From an uncultured Vicinamibacterales bacterium (GTDB lineage: Bacteria; Acidobacteriota; Vicinamibacteria; Vicinamibacterales; 2-12-FULL-66-21), in NCBI GenBank assembly GCA_964476725.1, contig CAYZBZ010000001.1:15649-75597 (forward strand): DNA of 59,949 nt, read 5' to 3'. A program made the position numbers and the translations under genes. Of the stretch, positions 1 to 8,672 are shown piece by piece. Every line of letters starts with the position of its first letter. Position 1 is the first letter of the stretch. Under the pieces are notes generated by a model. It was given only the letters and a program-made list of their open reading frames with translations, searched no databases and was not told where the DNA came from.

Positions 1-54
1 CCCGCAGCCACGCATTCGTGGAGCCGGCCAGCAGAATCTTCCTCATCACCGACA

Positions 55-846
55 TCAGAGTACACTTCGAATCAATCCGCCATCCACCTGAACCGTCGCG
101 CCGGTCATGTACGCTGCGGCGTCCGACAGCAGAAACGCGCCGACGCGGCCGAACTCGTCCCCCTCGCCGTAGCGTCCGAGCGGGATCGACGCGATCGCCT
201 TCTTCTTCGCCTCGTCCGTCGAGATCCCCTGCTTCCTCGCGTTGATCTCGTCCAGGTGCCGCACGCGGTCGGTGTCGATGCGCCCGGGGATGATCTGGTT
301 GACGCGAATCTGCAGCGGGGCGAGCTCGAGCGCGAGCGTCTTGGCGAGCGCGGACACCGACGCGCGCAGGACAGTCGACAGCCCCAGGTTCTGAATCGGC
401 TCTTTGACCGAAGAGGACGTCGACACCAGGATCGCGCCGCCGCCGCGGGCCTGCATCGACGGCACCGCCGCGCGGATCATCCGCAGCGCGCTGAAGAGCA
501 GCAGCTCCGCGGCATCCTGCCACGCCTGATCGTCGAAAGCGAGCGACGCCCCGGCTGGCGGCCCGCCGGAGTTCGTCATGAGCGCGTCGATGCCGCCGAA
601 ACGCGCCTCGGTCGCCTCGATCCAGCGTCGAATGGCGTCGGCCGAACGGACGTCAACCGGCATGGCCAGCACCTTCGCGCCCGTCTCGCGCTCGATACGC
701 GATGCCGCGTCGGTGATTGACGCCTCGTCGCGCGACGAGATGGACACGATCGCCCCCTCGCGCGCCATCGCGCGGGCGACCGCGTACCCGAGCCCCTTGC
801 TTGCGCCCGCGACCAGAGCGACCTTGTCTTTGAGTCCTAAGTCCAT
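55..846 (-). CDS. SDR-family oxidoreductase (FabG/BKR-like, atypical active site)
   Basis: 263-aa ORF with Rossmann motif 'VAGASKGLG', 'TNSGG' and C-terminal 'MTGATVQVDGG'. The classical YxxxK positions read S...R. Confidence 0.85.
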   Translation of the reverse strand: MDLGLKDKVALVAGASKGLGYAVARAMAREGAIVSISSRDEASITDAASRIERETGAKVLAMPVDVRSADAIRRWIEATEARFGGIDALMTNSGGPPAGASLAFDDQAWQDAAELLLFSALRMIRAAVPSMQARGGGAILVSTSSSVKEPIQNLGLSTVLRASVSALAKTLALELAPLQIRVNQIIPGRIDTDRVRHLDEINARKQGISTDEAKKKAIASIPLGRYGEGDEFGRVGAFLLSDAAAYMTGATVQVDGGLIRSVL

Positions 847-893
847 CTTTGCCCTTTGCCCTCACGGCCGTACCGCAGGACTCTAATCCCGCG

Positions 894-931
894 GTTCACT
901 TGTGTCGACATCGTAGCGCAGGCAAGTGAAC
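894..931. promoter_or_regulatory. 9-bp perfect inverted repeat (GTTCACTTG / CAAGTGAAC) with nested TGTCGACA palindrome
   Basis: Read directly from the sequence. It lies in the 111-bp spacer between the DapA-family gene stop (958) and the SDR start (846). Confidence 0.4.
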
Positions 932-957
932 ACCGCGCTTAACCCCGCCTCGAGAGA

Positions 958-1854
958 CTACGCGACGAATCCCGTCCACTGCATCACGCGATCGAGCGCC
1001 TCGCGCGTCGTGTTGTCGAGCGCGGCGGCCGGCGGACGGGTCGCGGGGCTTGAAAGCGCGCCGCGGCGGTAGAGCACTTCCTTGCGGATTGCCATCCCGA
1101 TGCCCTCCTGGAATTCAAAGCGCATGAGCGGCACGGCGCGGTAGAACACGTCGGCCGCTTCCTCCACCTTGCCCGCGCGGAAGAGCGACACGATCCGGAC
1201 GAGGACCTCTGGAAACGCGAACCCGGTCATCGCGCCGGTGGCGCCCGCGAGCAGCTCCTCGAGCAGAAACACGCCGCCGAGCCCGCCGAAAATGCGGACG
1301 GCGATGTCGCCGGACATCTCGCTCAGGATGCGCGACGTCTTGAACGGCGTCGGCGGATCCTCCAGCTTAATCGTCCGCGCGCGCGGAATTTCCCTCGCGA
1401 TACGGGCGAGCAGCCACGGCTCCATCGCGAACCCCGAGATAGGCGGATAGTCCTGCACGACGATCTCGATGTCCACCGCCTCCGCAAGCGTCTTGTAGTG
1501 CCGGACGACCGCTTCGGAGTTGAGCTTCGGCATCCGCGGCGGGCTCACCATCACGGCGGTCGCGCCGCTTGCCAGCGCATGGCGACTGTAGCCGATGCAG
1601 GCCCGCGTCCCTTCGGCGGTGGTGCCCGCCACGACGCCGATGCGGCCGTTGACCTGTTCGACGACGACCTCGAGCACCCGGCGGCGCTCCGTGTCATCGA
1701 GCCGCGCGACCTCGCCGGTCACGCCAAGCGCCGTCACGCCGTTGACGGCGGCGGAGATGAACAGATCGACGACGCGCCGGAGACTGGCCTCATCGAGATC
1801 GCCGTTGGCCTGAAAGGGAGTCGGGAGGACTGAATAAACGCCTTCGAGCTGCAA
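958..1854 (-). CDS. Dihydrodipicolinate synthase / N-acetylneuraminate lyase family aldolase
   Basis: 298 aa. 'VLPTPF', 'ALGVTGE' (GxTGE-type motif) and candidate Schiff-base Lys in 'TIKLEDP', with typical class I aldolase length. Confidence 0.8.
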   Translation of the reverse strand: MQLEGVYSVLPTPFQANGDLDEASLRRVVDLFISAAVNGVTALGVTGEVARLDDTERRRVLEVVVEQVNGRIGVVAGTTAEGTRACIGYSRHALASGATAVMVSPPRMPKLNSEAVVRHYKTLAEAVDIEIVVQDYPPISGFAMEPWLLARIAREIPRARTIKLEDPPTPFKTSRILSEMSGDIAVRIFGGLGGVFLLEELLAGATGAMTGFAFPEVLVRIVSLFRAGKVEEAADVFYRAVPLMRFEFQEGIGMAIRKEVLYRRGALSSPATRPPAAALDNTTREALDRVMQWTGFVA

Positions 1855-1949
1855 ATTCGAGCTCCCAAATCAAGGTGCCAGGCTGCCAAGGTGCGGCTTG
1901 CCGCACCGGCGCCGACCGGCTGGCTGCATCTCGGGCACGTGCTCAGCCT

Positions 1950-3233
1950 TCACCCTTCAGACTTTCGTAGGACAACCCTCTTCACAACCATCTCCGTCCC
2001 GTCGCCGTTCGCGAGGTAGTACAGCACGCCCCCCGCGACGCTCGCGGCCGTCGGGTCCGTCGTTGAAAGCGAGGGGTCGAGGACCTCGACCGCGGTGGCA
2101 GTACGGCCGGCCCGATTGAGCGCGATCCTCACCGCGCGGCAGGTCCCGCCGGCCGTCTGCTGAATCGCGACCAGCGAGCCCTCGTGCCACCGGATGCGCG
2201 CGATGCTTCTCAGGTCGACACCGGTGGCGGCTTTCACAGGAGCCGTCGCGCGAGTCGACAGATCCACGCGCGTCAGCCCTCCCTCGTGCGCAACGTAGAC
2301 GATTCGGTCGCCAGCCGGCGCCAGGCTGGCCTGGGCCGCGTCCGGCAGTGCGACCGCGAGCTCCAGCGACTGCCCCCTGGGACGAAGTCGAAACAGCCGG
2401 TGCCCTGCGGCGTCCAGCACGAGCACGCCGCCGTCGGTCGTCGCCGCCACGTCCGCAAAGCGCGCGGCGCCGAACGTGTCGGCAGCGGCATACTTCGCGA
2501 GCGATCGTCCGGACACGAGCTGCAGCTTGTGCAGCGCGCTCCGATCGCCGTCAACGCTGACCACCCACAGGTGCCCTTGCCGCGGATCGATCTCGAGCGC
2601 CGCGATCTCGCCGAACCCCGTCGTCTGCGCGCTCGCGAGGTTGGCGACGTGCCGCGAGAACTCGTCCACCACCGCCAGCTTCCGCGCGTGACGATCGCCG
2701 ACGATGAAGCGCCGCGACACCCCGTCGTACGCAAGCCCTGCCGGCGTGAACTGGGATGTGGTGAAGCGGAACGACGCATCGGTGCCGCCTCCCCCAGGCG
2801 AGACCGGAGCTGCGATCGCAGACGAGGGACTGAGGTCCCGCGCTGCGGATGAGTCTGCCGCGGCGTCCGCCTTCGAGCGGAACGATGCCCATCCGGCGAG
2901 CGCGCGCACGCGGCGGAAGTCGTCGTTCGTCTCCGCGTCGTTTGGCACGCCCATGTCCGCCAGGCGCCGCAGCATCGCGAGAGCGTCACCGGGCCGGCCG
3001 CTCAGGCTCTGCGCGCGCGCGAGCAAGTACATGAGCTGGGGATCGTTCTTCGGTCCGGTCTGGACGGCGCGCCACGCGAGATCGTGAAACGCCTCGTAGT
3101 CCTTTCTCGCCTCGGCGTCAGCCGCGAGCTGCCGGCACTCCTGCCACGCGCGGCAGTCAGCCCGCTGTGGAACGGCGTCCTGAAGTGGCGCGACGAGGGC
3201 GAAGAGGAAGATCGTAGCGTGGAGAGGGATCAT
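1950..3233 (-). CDS. Secreted hypothetical protein, N-terminal TPR-like region plus beta-propeller-like C-terminal region
   Basis: 427 aa with ATG start and a hydrophobic signal-like N-terminus 'MIPLHATIFLFALVAPL'. It has a helical TPR-like segment followed by beta-rich repeats. The composition is protein-like, unlike the overlapping frames. Confidence 0.6.
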   Translation of the reverse strand: MIPLHATIFLFALVAPLQDAVPQRADCRAWQECRQLAADAEARKDYEAFHDLAWRAVQTGPKNDPQLMYLLARAQSLSGRPGDALAMLRRLADMGVPNDAETNDDFRRVRALAGWASFRSKADAAADSSAARDLSPSSAIAAPVSPGGGGTDASFRFTTSQFTPAGLAYDGVSRRFIVGDRHARKLAVVDEFSRHVANLASAQTTGFGEIAALEIDPRQGHLWVVSVDGDRSALHKLQLVSGRSLAKYAAADTFGAARFADVAATTDGGVLVLDAAGHRLFRLRPRGQSLELAVALPDAAQASLAPAGDRIVYVAHEGGLTRVDLSTRATAPVKAATGVDLRSIARIRWHEGSLVAIQQTAGGTCRAVRIALNRAGRTATAVEVLDPSLSTTDPTAASVAGGVLYYLANGDGTEMVVKRVVLRKSEG

Positions 3234-3386
3234 GGGGCTGAAGACGCTAGTAGCCTACACCGAGTCCGCCCCGTGCCGCACCGCGAGCGGTCGCTGCCTG
3301 CGAAGACGGAGTTATCTGTCCGCGAGGATGCGCGGCGTGTTCGTCGAGGTCAGAAACATGGTGGGGCCCGGCCTCGGCGTAGTGAA

Positions 3387-4367
3387 CTACGTCGTGTAGA
3401 CGCTGGCCCAGAGCGGAAACAGCGCGGCGAACGTCTCTTCCACCGCAGCCACGAGCTCGCCCATCTCCGCGAGTGTCTTCGCGTCCTCCGGCTGCTCGAG
3501 CGAGAGCCACCTGCCGACGAACACCCAACCCTGGCCGACCGGGTTGCGGCAATTGATGAGCCACTCCACTGCCTGCTGCGGCATCAGGTCCGTGGCCGGA
3601 CCGCGGGCGCCGTACTGAATGAACCCGCCGGACTTGCCCATCCAGTCGACCAGGTGCCCGCGCCATGCGGAGGCGACCTGTCGCTGAAACGCGTCGAAGT
3701 AGGCGACGACCTGCTCCTGCCCTTCGTCGCGGCCCGGATCGCGCCCGCCTTCTGTCAGGTTGAAGCCGAGGCCGATGCGGAGCCAATTCGTCCCCCACGG
3801 CGTCCGGCTGAAGAAGCCGAGATTGAACTGCGGCTCCCAGCGGCCGCCGTGGTGATAGGCGTAAATGTGGCCGTTCGATCCCGCATGGTAGCTGTTGCGA
3901 TGAAAGAGCTTCGACCCTGATTGCCCCGCGCGGTTGCGGGCGTCGACGATGCGCAGGGCCGTGGGCTGTTCGTTGAGCGACAACAGAAGCGATTCGATCT
4001 TCGGTCCGAGCGCACGCGCCGCCTCCACCGGTGCGAGGTGCCCGAGCGCGTCGAAGTCGTGCGCCGTGAAGCCAGACGCGGCTTCAGAGGTCGGCAGCGC
4101 CATCGCGCGGCGCTTGGTGACCTCGGTGAGCAGGCTCTTCGCGATCGAGTTGGACGGGTTCAGCTCGAGCACCGTCGCAAGCGCGCCCGCGGCGTCGGCG
4201 AACCTGCCGTGCTCCAGATAGCACCGCGCGAGCCTGGTCCATGCCCCCTGGTCTGCCGGATCCGCCCGCGAGATCTCGAGGTTCACGTCCATCGCTTCGA
4301 CGCCGAAGTCACTGCTCTTCGCGAGCTCCACGGCGCGTTGCTGCAGGTCACCGAGTTTGGCGGACAT
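3387..4367 (-). CDS. TPR-containing hypothetical protein with unassigned C-terminal domain
   Basis: 326 aa with ATG start. One TPR-like motif ('AWTRLARCYLEHGRFADAAGALATVLELNPSN') is followed by a His/Trp-rich roughly 200-aa domain I cannot assign. Confidence 0.6.
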   Translation of the reverse strand: MSAKLGDLQQRAVELAKSSDFGVEAMDVNLEISRADPADQGAWTRLARCYLEHGRFADAAGALATVLELNPSNSIAKSLLTEVTKRRAMALPTSEAASGFTAHDFDALGHLAPVEAARALGPKIESLLLSLNEQPTALRIVDARNRAGQSGSKLFHRNSYHAGSNGHIYAYHHGGRWEPQFNLGFFSRTPWGTNWLRIGLGFNLTEGGRDPGRDEGQEQVVAYFDAFQRQVASAWRGHLVDWMGKSGGFIQYGARGPATDLMPQQAVEWLINCRNPVGQGWVFVGRWLSLEQPEDAKTLAEMGELVAAVEETFAALFPLWASVYTT

Positions 4368-4430
4368 TCCAGAGAGGTTATCAAAATCGCGCTCATCAGG
4401 ATCGACTCCTGAGGCGAAATCGCGAACGCG

Positions 4431-5168
4431 TTACGCTTGCTGGCCTTGAGCTTTGAGCCGAGAACCCCGAGTGTCACCGGCGGCTGTCAACGTCCTGTTG
4501 CCGCGGCGGGCCATCCCCGCCAACACCTGAGTCAGCTCGAGCGCGGGTACGGGAGACGTCTCGACCGACACCAGCCCGTTGCGGATCGCGTCGCAGATGG
4601 CGTCGGCGCCCGGCTCGGCAAACACGAGCGAGTACGTGCGGCCGAGCTGGCGGAGGTCGTGTGAATCGGAATTACCTATCAGGGGCTTGCCGTGTGTGCG
4701 CGCCCAGCGGGCGGCGCGCGCGTTGAAGTTGATCCCGGTTGTCCAGAAGTAGCTCCACTCGACCGCATCGAAGAGATCGGCGTGCTCGTCCATCCGCGAG
4801 CGCAGGCACGTGCGATCGGGGAAGAAGGGGTGTGGAGCGATCACGATGCCGTTGCTGCCGGACCTCAGCGCCGCCACGTCCTCGAAAGTCCGGACCTGCT
4901 CGGCCGTCTGCGGAAAATTGATCAGGAGGACATGCCGTCCTTCGATCGCCCGCTCGATCCCCGACAGAAGTGTAATCCCGCGCTCCCGCGCGTAGTCGAA
5001 GACGCGTGGATCTGCGAGCTGCCGGTCGTGCAGTGTGATGGCCAGCGCGTCGAAACCCTTCGCCCGGGCCCGATCAATCAGGGCAAGCGCGTCGTGGGCG
5101 ACGTTGTCCGCCGGATCCTCTGCAGTGTGGAGGTGAAGGTCTACTTTCAGCACGTGTTCCCTGATCAT
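4431..5168 (-). CDS. PHP-domain metal-dependent phosphoesterase
   Basis: 'KVDLHLHT' N-terminal PHP motif, 'ITLHD' and 'NSDSHD'. I chose the ATG at 5168; the track ORF begins at a TTG at 5192. Confidence 0.75.
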   Translation of the reverse strand: MIREHVLKVDLHLHTAEDPADNVAHDALALIDRARAKGFDALAITLHDRQLADPRVFDYARERGITLLSGIERAIEGRHVLLINFPQTAEQVRTFEDVAALRSGSNGIVIAPHPFFPDRTCLRSRMDEHADLFDAVEWSYFWTTGINFNARAARWARTHGKPLIGNSDSHDLRQLGRTYSLVFAEPGADAICDAIRNGLVSVETSPVPALELTQVLAGMARRGNRTLTAAGDTRGSRLKAQGQQA

Positions 5169-5303
5169 GACGTCTTCGGGGGTATTGAGCAAGCGGCGCC
5201 CCGATCGGCTGCGCAGACAGGCTTCAGGCTTTAGGCTCGAGGCTGGAGCCCAGAGCCCAGAGCCAGACCCAGAGCCTACAGCCGAGAGCCTGGAGACGAC
5301 CCT

Positions 5304-8300
5304 CTACGACAGGAGCATCTCGAGATCCTCGGGCCCGAGCGTCCGCACGAGCCCCGCATCGGCGTTGAGGATCGCGTCGGCGAGCTTGCGCTTGCTTTGC
5401 TGGAGCTCCGCCACTTTCTCCTCCACCGTGTCGCGCGCGAGCAGGCGGTACGCGAACACGTGGCGCGCCTGGCCGATGCGGTGCGCGCGATCGATCGCCT
5501 GCGCTTCGACCGCAGGGTTCCACCAGGGATCGAGCAGGAACACGTATTCGGCAGCGGTGAGATTGAGTCCGAGCCCGCCGGCCTTGAGGCTGATCAGAAA
5601 CACGCGGCACGCGGGGTCTGCCTGGAACCGCGCGACGCGCGACGCGCGGTCGCGCGTGCGCCCATCGAGGTACTCGTAGGTGATGCCGAGCGCGTCCAGC
5701 CTCGGGCGCAGCAGCGCGAGGAAGCTCGTGAACTGCGAGAAGACGAGCGCCTTGTGTCCTTCCTCGATGACCTCGCTCAGCCGTGGAATCAGGACGTCGA
5801 ACTTCGCTGACGGCTCGTGCGCGCGGCGCGGATCGATCAGCCCGCTGTGGCAGGCCGCCTGGCGCAGCCGCAGCAGCGCCTCGAGGATCTGCATCTTCGA
5901 GCGGTTGACACCGTCGCGCGCGATCCGTTCGAGCAGCGTGGCCCGATAATGCGCGCGCAGCTCGTCGTAGTGGCGCCGCTGTGCCCCTTCCAGCTCGCAC
6001 TGCAGCGTCTGCTCCGTGCGGGGCGGCAGCTCCGGCGCCACCTGCTCCTTCGTGCGCCGGAGGATGAAGGGCCGCAGCGCCCGCGACAGCCACTCGAGGT
6101 CCTCGTCGCCGCGGGTGCGCGCCGCGCTGGCGCGCTGGAACGCCTTCGCCGATCCCAGCAGCCCCGGATTGAGGAACTCGAACAGGCTCCAGAGTTCGCC
6201 CAGGTGGTTCTCGATCGGCGTGCCGCTCAGCGCGAGCCGGTGCCGTGCGCGCAGCAGCCGCGCCGCCTTCGCGGAAGCGGTCGCGGCGTTCTTGATCGCC
6301 TGCGCCTCGTCCAGGATCGCGTAGTCGAACTCGATGGCATTCAGGTCCGCGGCATCCCGCCGCAGTGTCCCGTACGTCGTGAGGACCAGGTCCGCATCGC
6401 GGATCCCCGACGCGTCGCGCAACGGGCCCGTATAGTCGAGCACCTTCAGCTTCGGCGCGAAGCGCGCCGCTTCCTCCATCCAGTTGAAGATCAGCGACCG
6501 CGGCACCACGACCAGCGACGGCTGCCGCGCTCCCTTCCCGCGCTCGTGACGGCGCGCGTCCAGCAGCGCAAGCCCCATGACGGTCTTCCCGAGCCCCATG
6601 TCGTCGGCCAGACACCCGCCGAAGCCGAAGCGGCGGAGAAAATCGAACCACCCGAGCGCTTCGCGCTGGTATTCGCGCAGAGTGCCGTGGAACGACGAGG
6701 GGGGATCGAGCGGTTGAAGCCCGTTCAACGTGTGCAGCTCGGCGCGCACGCGCTCGAACACCTCGTCGTACTCGATGGCGGGCTGCACCGCCAGCAGGGC
6801 ATCGAGCAGCGCCGCCTGCGACCGGTGGAATCGAATCGCATCCCCTTCCGCGGCGCCGAACCCCGCAACCGCGGCGTAACGCCGCAGCCATTCCTCCGGC
6901 AGCAGCCCCACGCTCCCGTCGTCCAGCACGACGACGTCCTCGCCGCGCGCGATCGCCGCGAGGAGCTGTGGAAACGGGGCCGACCGGCCGTCGCCGAAGT
7001 CAATCGCGCCGTGCAGGTCGAACCAGTCGATGCCGGACGAGACCTCGAGCCGCATGTTGACCGCGGATCGAAAGGCGCGCCCTTCCGCCTCCACGCGCCA
7101 ACCCTCATTCACCAGAGCGTGGACGACGCGGGGGAACTGCTCGGGGGAGATGCCGAGCATCTGCCGGGACTCGAAGTGGCTCCACGTGTAGCGGAAACCG
7201 AGCTGGTGCAGGCGATCGATGGCCGCCTGCTCGGCTGCGCGGTTGCGGCGCACCAGGCGGCGGCGCTCGGGATCGTACGCGGTGGCTGCGGGAGGCGCTT
7301 CCACGACGACGCCGTCGTAATCGAACTGCACCGTGGCGCGCAGATCCTGGCGCAACGCGTAGGGGTTCTGCCGCTCCGGACGGTTGACGCGGACGCGCGG
7401 ACGCGGCTCCCCGTCGAGCACGTCGTACCGCAGTTCGGCGGGCAGCGACCGTGGATCGAGCCCGGATCGCGCCAGCGTCTCGAGCAGCGACCCCGATTCG
7501 TCCCTCGGAATCGTCATCGGACCGAAGCTGCGGAGCCGCGCAAGCCATGCGAATCCCCGTTCGAGATCGAGGCGCGCCATCGACTCGCGTGTGAACAGGA
7601 ATCCGCGGCTGAGAAGCAGCACGGGGTCGCGAAGCGCGAGCCGTTCGCCGCCGCGCACGAACGCGCCGTCCACGCGAATCATCCCGTTCCCGGCGCCTGT
7701 CGTGATCTCGAGATCGAACCGCCACGCGGGCCCGTCGTCCCAGGCGAATGGGAACAACCCTTGTTCGTCGCCGATTCGATCGAGGTGGCCGCGGCCCGAG
7801 CGCGCCAGCATCGGCAGCACGCGGTCTTCGAGCGGGCCGTTGAGCACGTAGCGGGACAGCCGTGAGTAGCCCGCGTCGTACGTGGCGCCGTACGACCACG
7901 CGCTCCCGGCGCCGATGAGCAGCGAGAGGATCTCGCGATCGTCCGGGTCGATCATGTGTTCCGCTTCGAGCGGCGTCAGCCCGACGGCTTTGGGCTTCGA
8001 CCATGCGCCGTTCTTCCGGCGCTGCCGGAACAGGACGTTCACGACCGTGCCCCGTCCGGCCAGCGTCTCCCGCACGTCGATCGCGTAGATGATCTCGCCG
8101 TTCGAGAAGCGCGGCAGCGGCAGCGCGCTTTCCGCGGCGGCGACGTCCTGCTGAAGCTCGTGGAGGAAGCGTTGCCAGGGAGGCTGCCGGGCGGGGCTCG
8201 GCGGGCGGATTCCGTGCGCGGTGATGTCCGCAACCGACGCGATCGGCGCGGACGGACGATACTCGGGCTCGAGGACCGCGCGTTCGTCCGGCGGGCCGTC

Positions 8301-8627
8301 GCCGGCCAGCAGACCAAGGCGGTCCGCCTCCAGCAGCGCGGCCCAGATGTGTTTGCAGATCTCGGCGCGATCGGCGTAGTACGGGCATTCGCAGGACCCG
8401 GTAAACCGGTGCCTGTCCCGTACGAGCTCGACGCGGTAGTCGCGCGTGCCCCGGACGATCGCGTGTGCGATCCACTCGGCGCCGCCGATCTCGATCACCG
8501 CGCCCGTGCGGAAGTATTGGAGCCCTTTCGCGCGGGTGCGTGAGCTGACGTGGGGGGTGAGCGTTTTGATGTACATCCGGAGACGCGACGGCGAATCTCC
8601 CAGTATATCGTTCGCCGCCGTGCCCAT
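5304..8627 (-). CDS. SNF2-family helicase with N-terminal SWIM zinc finger
   Basis: 1107 aa. SWIM 'CECPYYADRAEICKH', SNF2 motif I 'DDMGLGKT', motif II 'LDEAQAIKN', and helicase-C 'SLKAGGLGLNLTAA' / 'DPWWNPAVEAQAIDRAHRIGQ'. Confidence 0.92.
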   Translation of the reverse strand: MGTAANDILGDSPSRLRMYIKTLTPHVSSRTRAKGLQYFRTGAVIEIGGAEWIAHAIVRGTRDYRVELVRDRHRFTGSCECPYYADRAEICKHIWAALLEADRLGLLAGDGPPDERAVLEPEYRPSAPIASVADITAHGIRPPSPARQPPWQRFLHELQQDVAAAESALPLPRFSNGEIIYAIDVRETLAGRGTVVNVLFRQRRKNGAWSKPKAVGLTPLEAEHMIDPDDREILSLLIGAGSAWSYGATYDAGYSRLSRYVLNGPLEDRVLPMLARSGRGHLDRIGDEQGLFPFAWDDGPAWRFDLEITTGAGNGMIRVDGAFVRGGERLALRDPVLLLSRGFLFTRESMARLDLERGFAWLARLRSFGPMTIPRDESGSLLETLARSGLDPRSLPAELRYDVLDGEPRPRVRVNRPERQNPYALRQDLRATVQFDYDGVVVEAPPAATAYDPERRRLVRRNRAAEQAAIDRLHQLGFRYTWSHFESRQMLGISPEQFPRVVHALVNEGWRVEAEGRAFRSAVNMRLEVSSGIDWFDLHGAIDFGDGRSAPFPQLLAAIARGEDVVVLDDGSVGLLPEEWLRRYAAVAGFGAAEGDAIRFHRSQAALLDALLAVQPAIEYDEVFERVRAELHTLNGLQPLDPPSSFHGTLREYQREALGWFDFLRRFGFGGCLADDMGLGKTVMGLALLDARRHERGKGARQPSLVVVPRSLIFNWMEEAARFAPKLKVLDYTGPLRDASGIRDADLVLTTYGTLRRDAADLNAIEFDYAILDEAQAIKNAATASAKAARLLRARHRLALSGTPIENHLGELWSLFEFLNPGLLGSAKAFQRASAARTRGDEDLEWLSRALRPFILRRTKEQVAPELPPRTEQTLQCELEGAQRRHYDELRAHYRATLLERIARDGVNRSKMQILEALLRLRQAACHSGLIDPRRAHEPSAKFDVLIPRLSEVIEEGHKALVFSQFTSFLALLRPRLDALGITYEYLDGRTRDRASRVARFQADPACRVFLISLKAGGLGLNLTAAEYVFLLDPWWNPAVEAQAIDRAHRIGQARHVFAYRLLARDTVEEKVAELQQSKRKLADAILNADAGLVRTLGPEDLEMLLS

Positions 8628-8672
8628 CGTGTAGAATCGCCCGACCCCGTCGGTGTAACAAGGAGGACGACC

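Noticed and set aside
847-957. A possible tRNA or tRNA fragment in the spacer (hairpin CCGCAGG-actctaat-CCCGCGG resembling an anticodon arm).
   Set aside because: There is no T-arm (GGTTCGAnTCC) or acceptor stem pairing, and the stem has a mismatch. The cloverleaf cannot be completed.
5224-6891. Long ORFs overlapping real genes in other frames or strands. Examples are 5224-6891, 5817-7865, 7105-8715, 8712-11897, 15789-17675, 17686-20157, 22413-23975, 35375-37705, 40054-41508, 46857-48290, 50272-52128 and 58267-59592.
   Set aside because: Their translations are dominated by Arg/Pro/Gly/Ala with no motifs, and each overlaps a gene with clear family signatures. This is the typical open-frame artefact of very GC-rich DNA.
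8632-8637. TAGAAT as a -10 box for the CPBP gene.
   Set aside because: Its position is plausible (about 30 nt leader with RBS), but no acceptable -35 or extended -10 could be found. It is too weak to list as a feature.
8550-8672. Upstream part of the CPBP track ORF ('MGGERFDVHPETRRR...').
   Set aside because: It overlaps the SNF2 gene's 5' end and is not protein-like. An in-frame GTG at 8673 has a consensus AAGGAGG RBS and starts directly with a TM helix.
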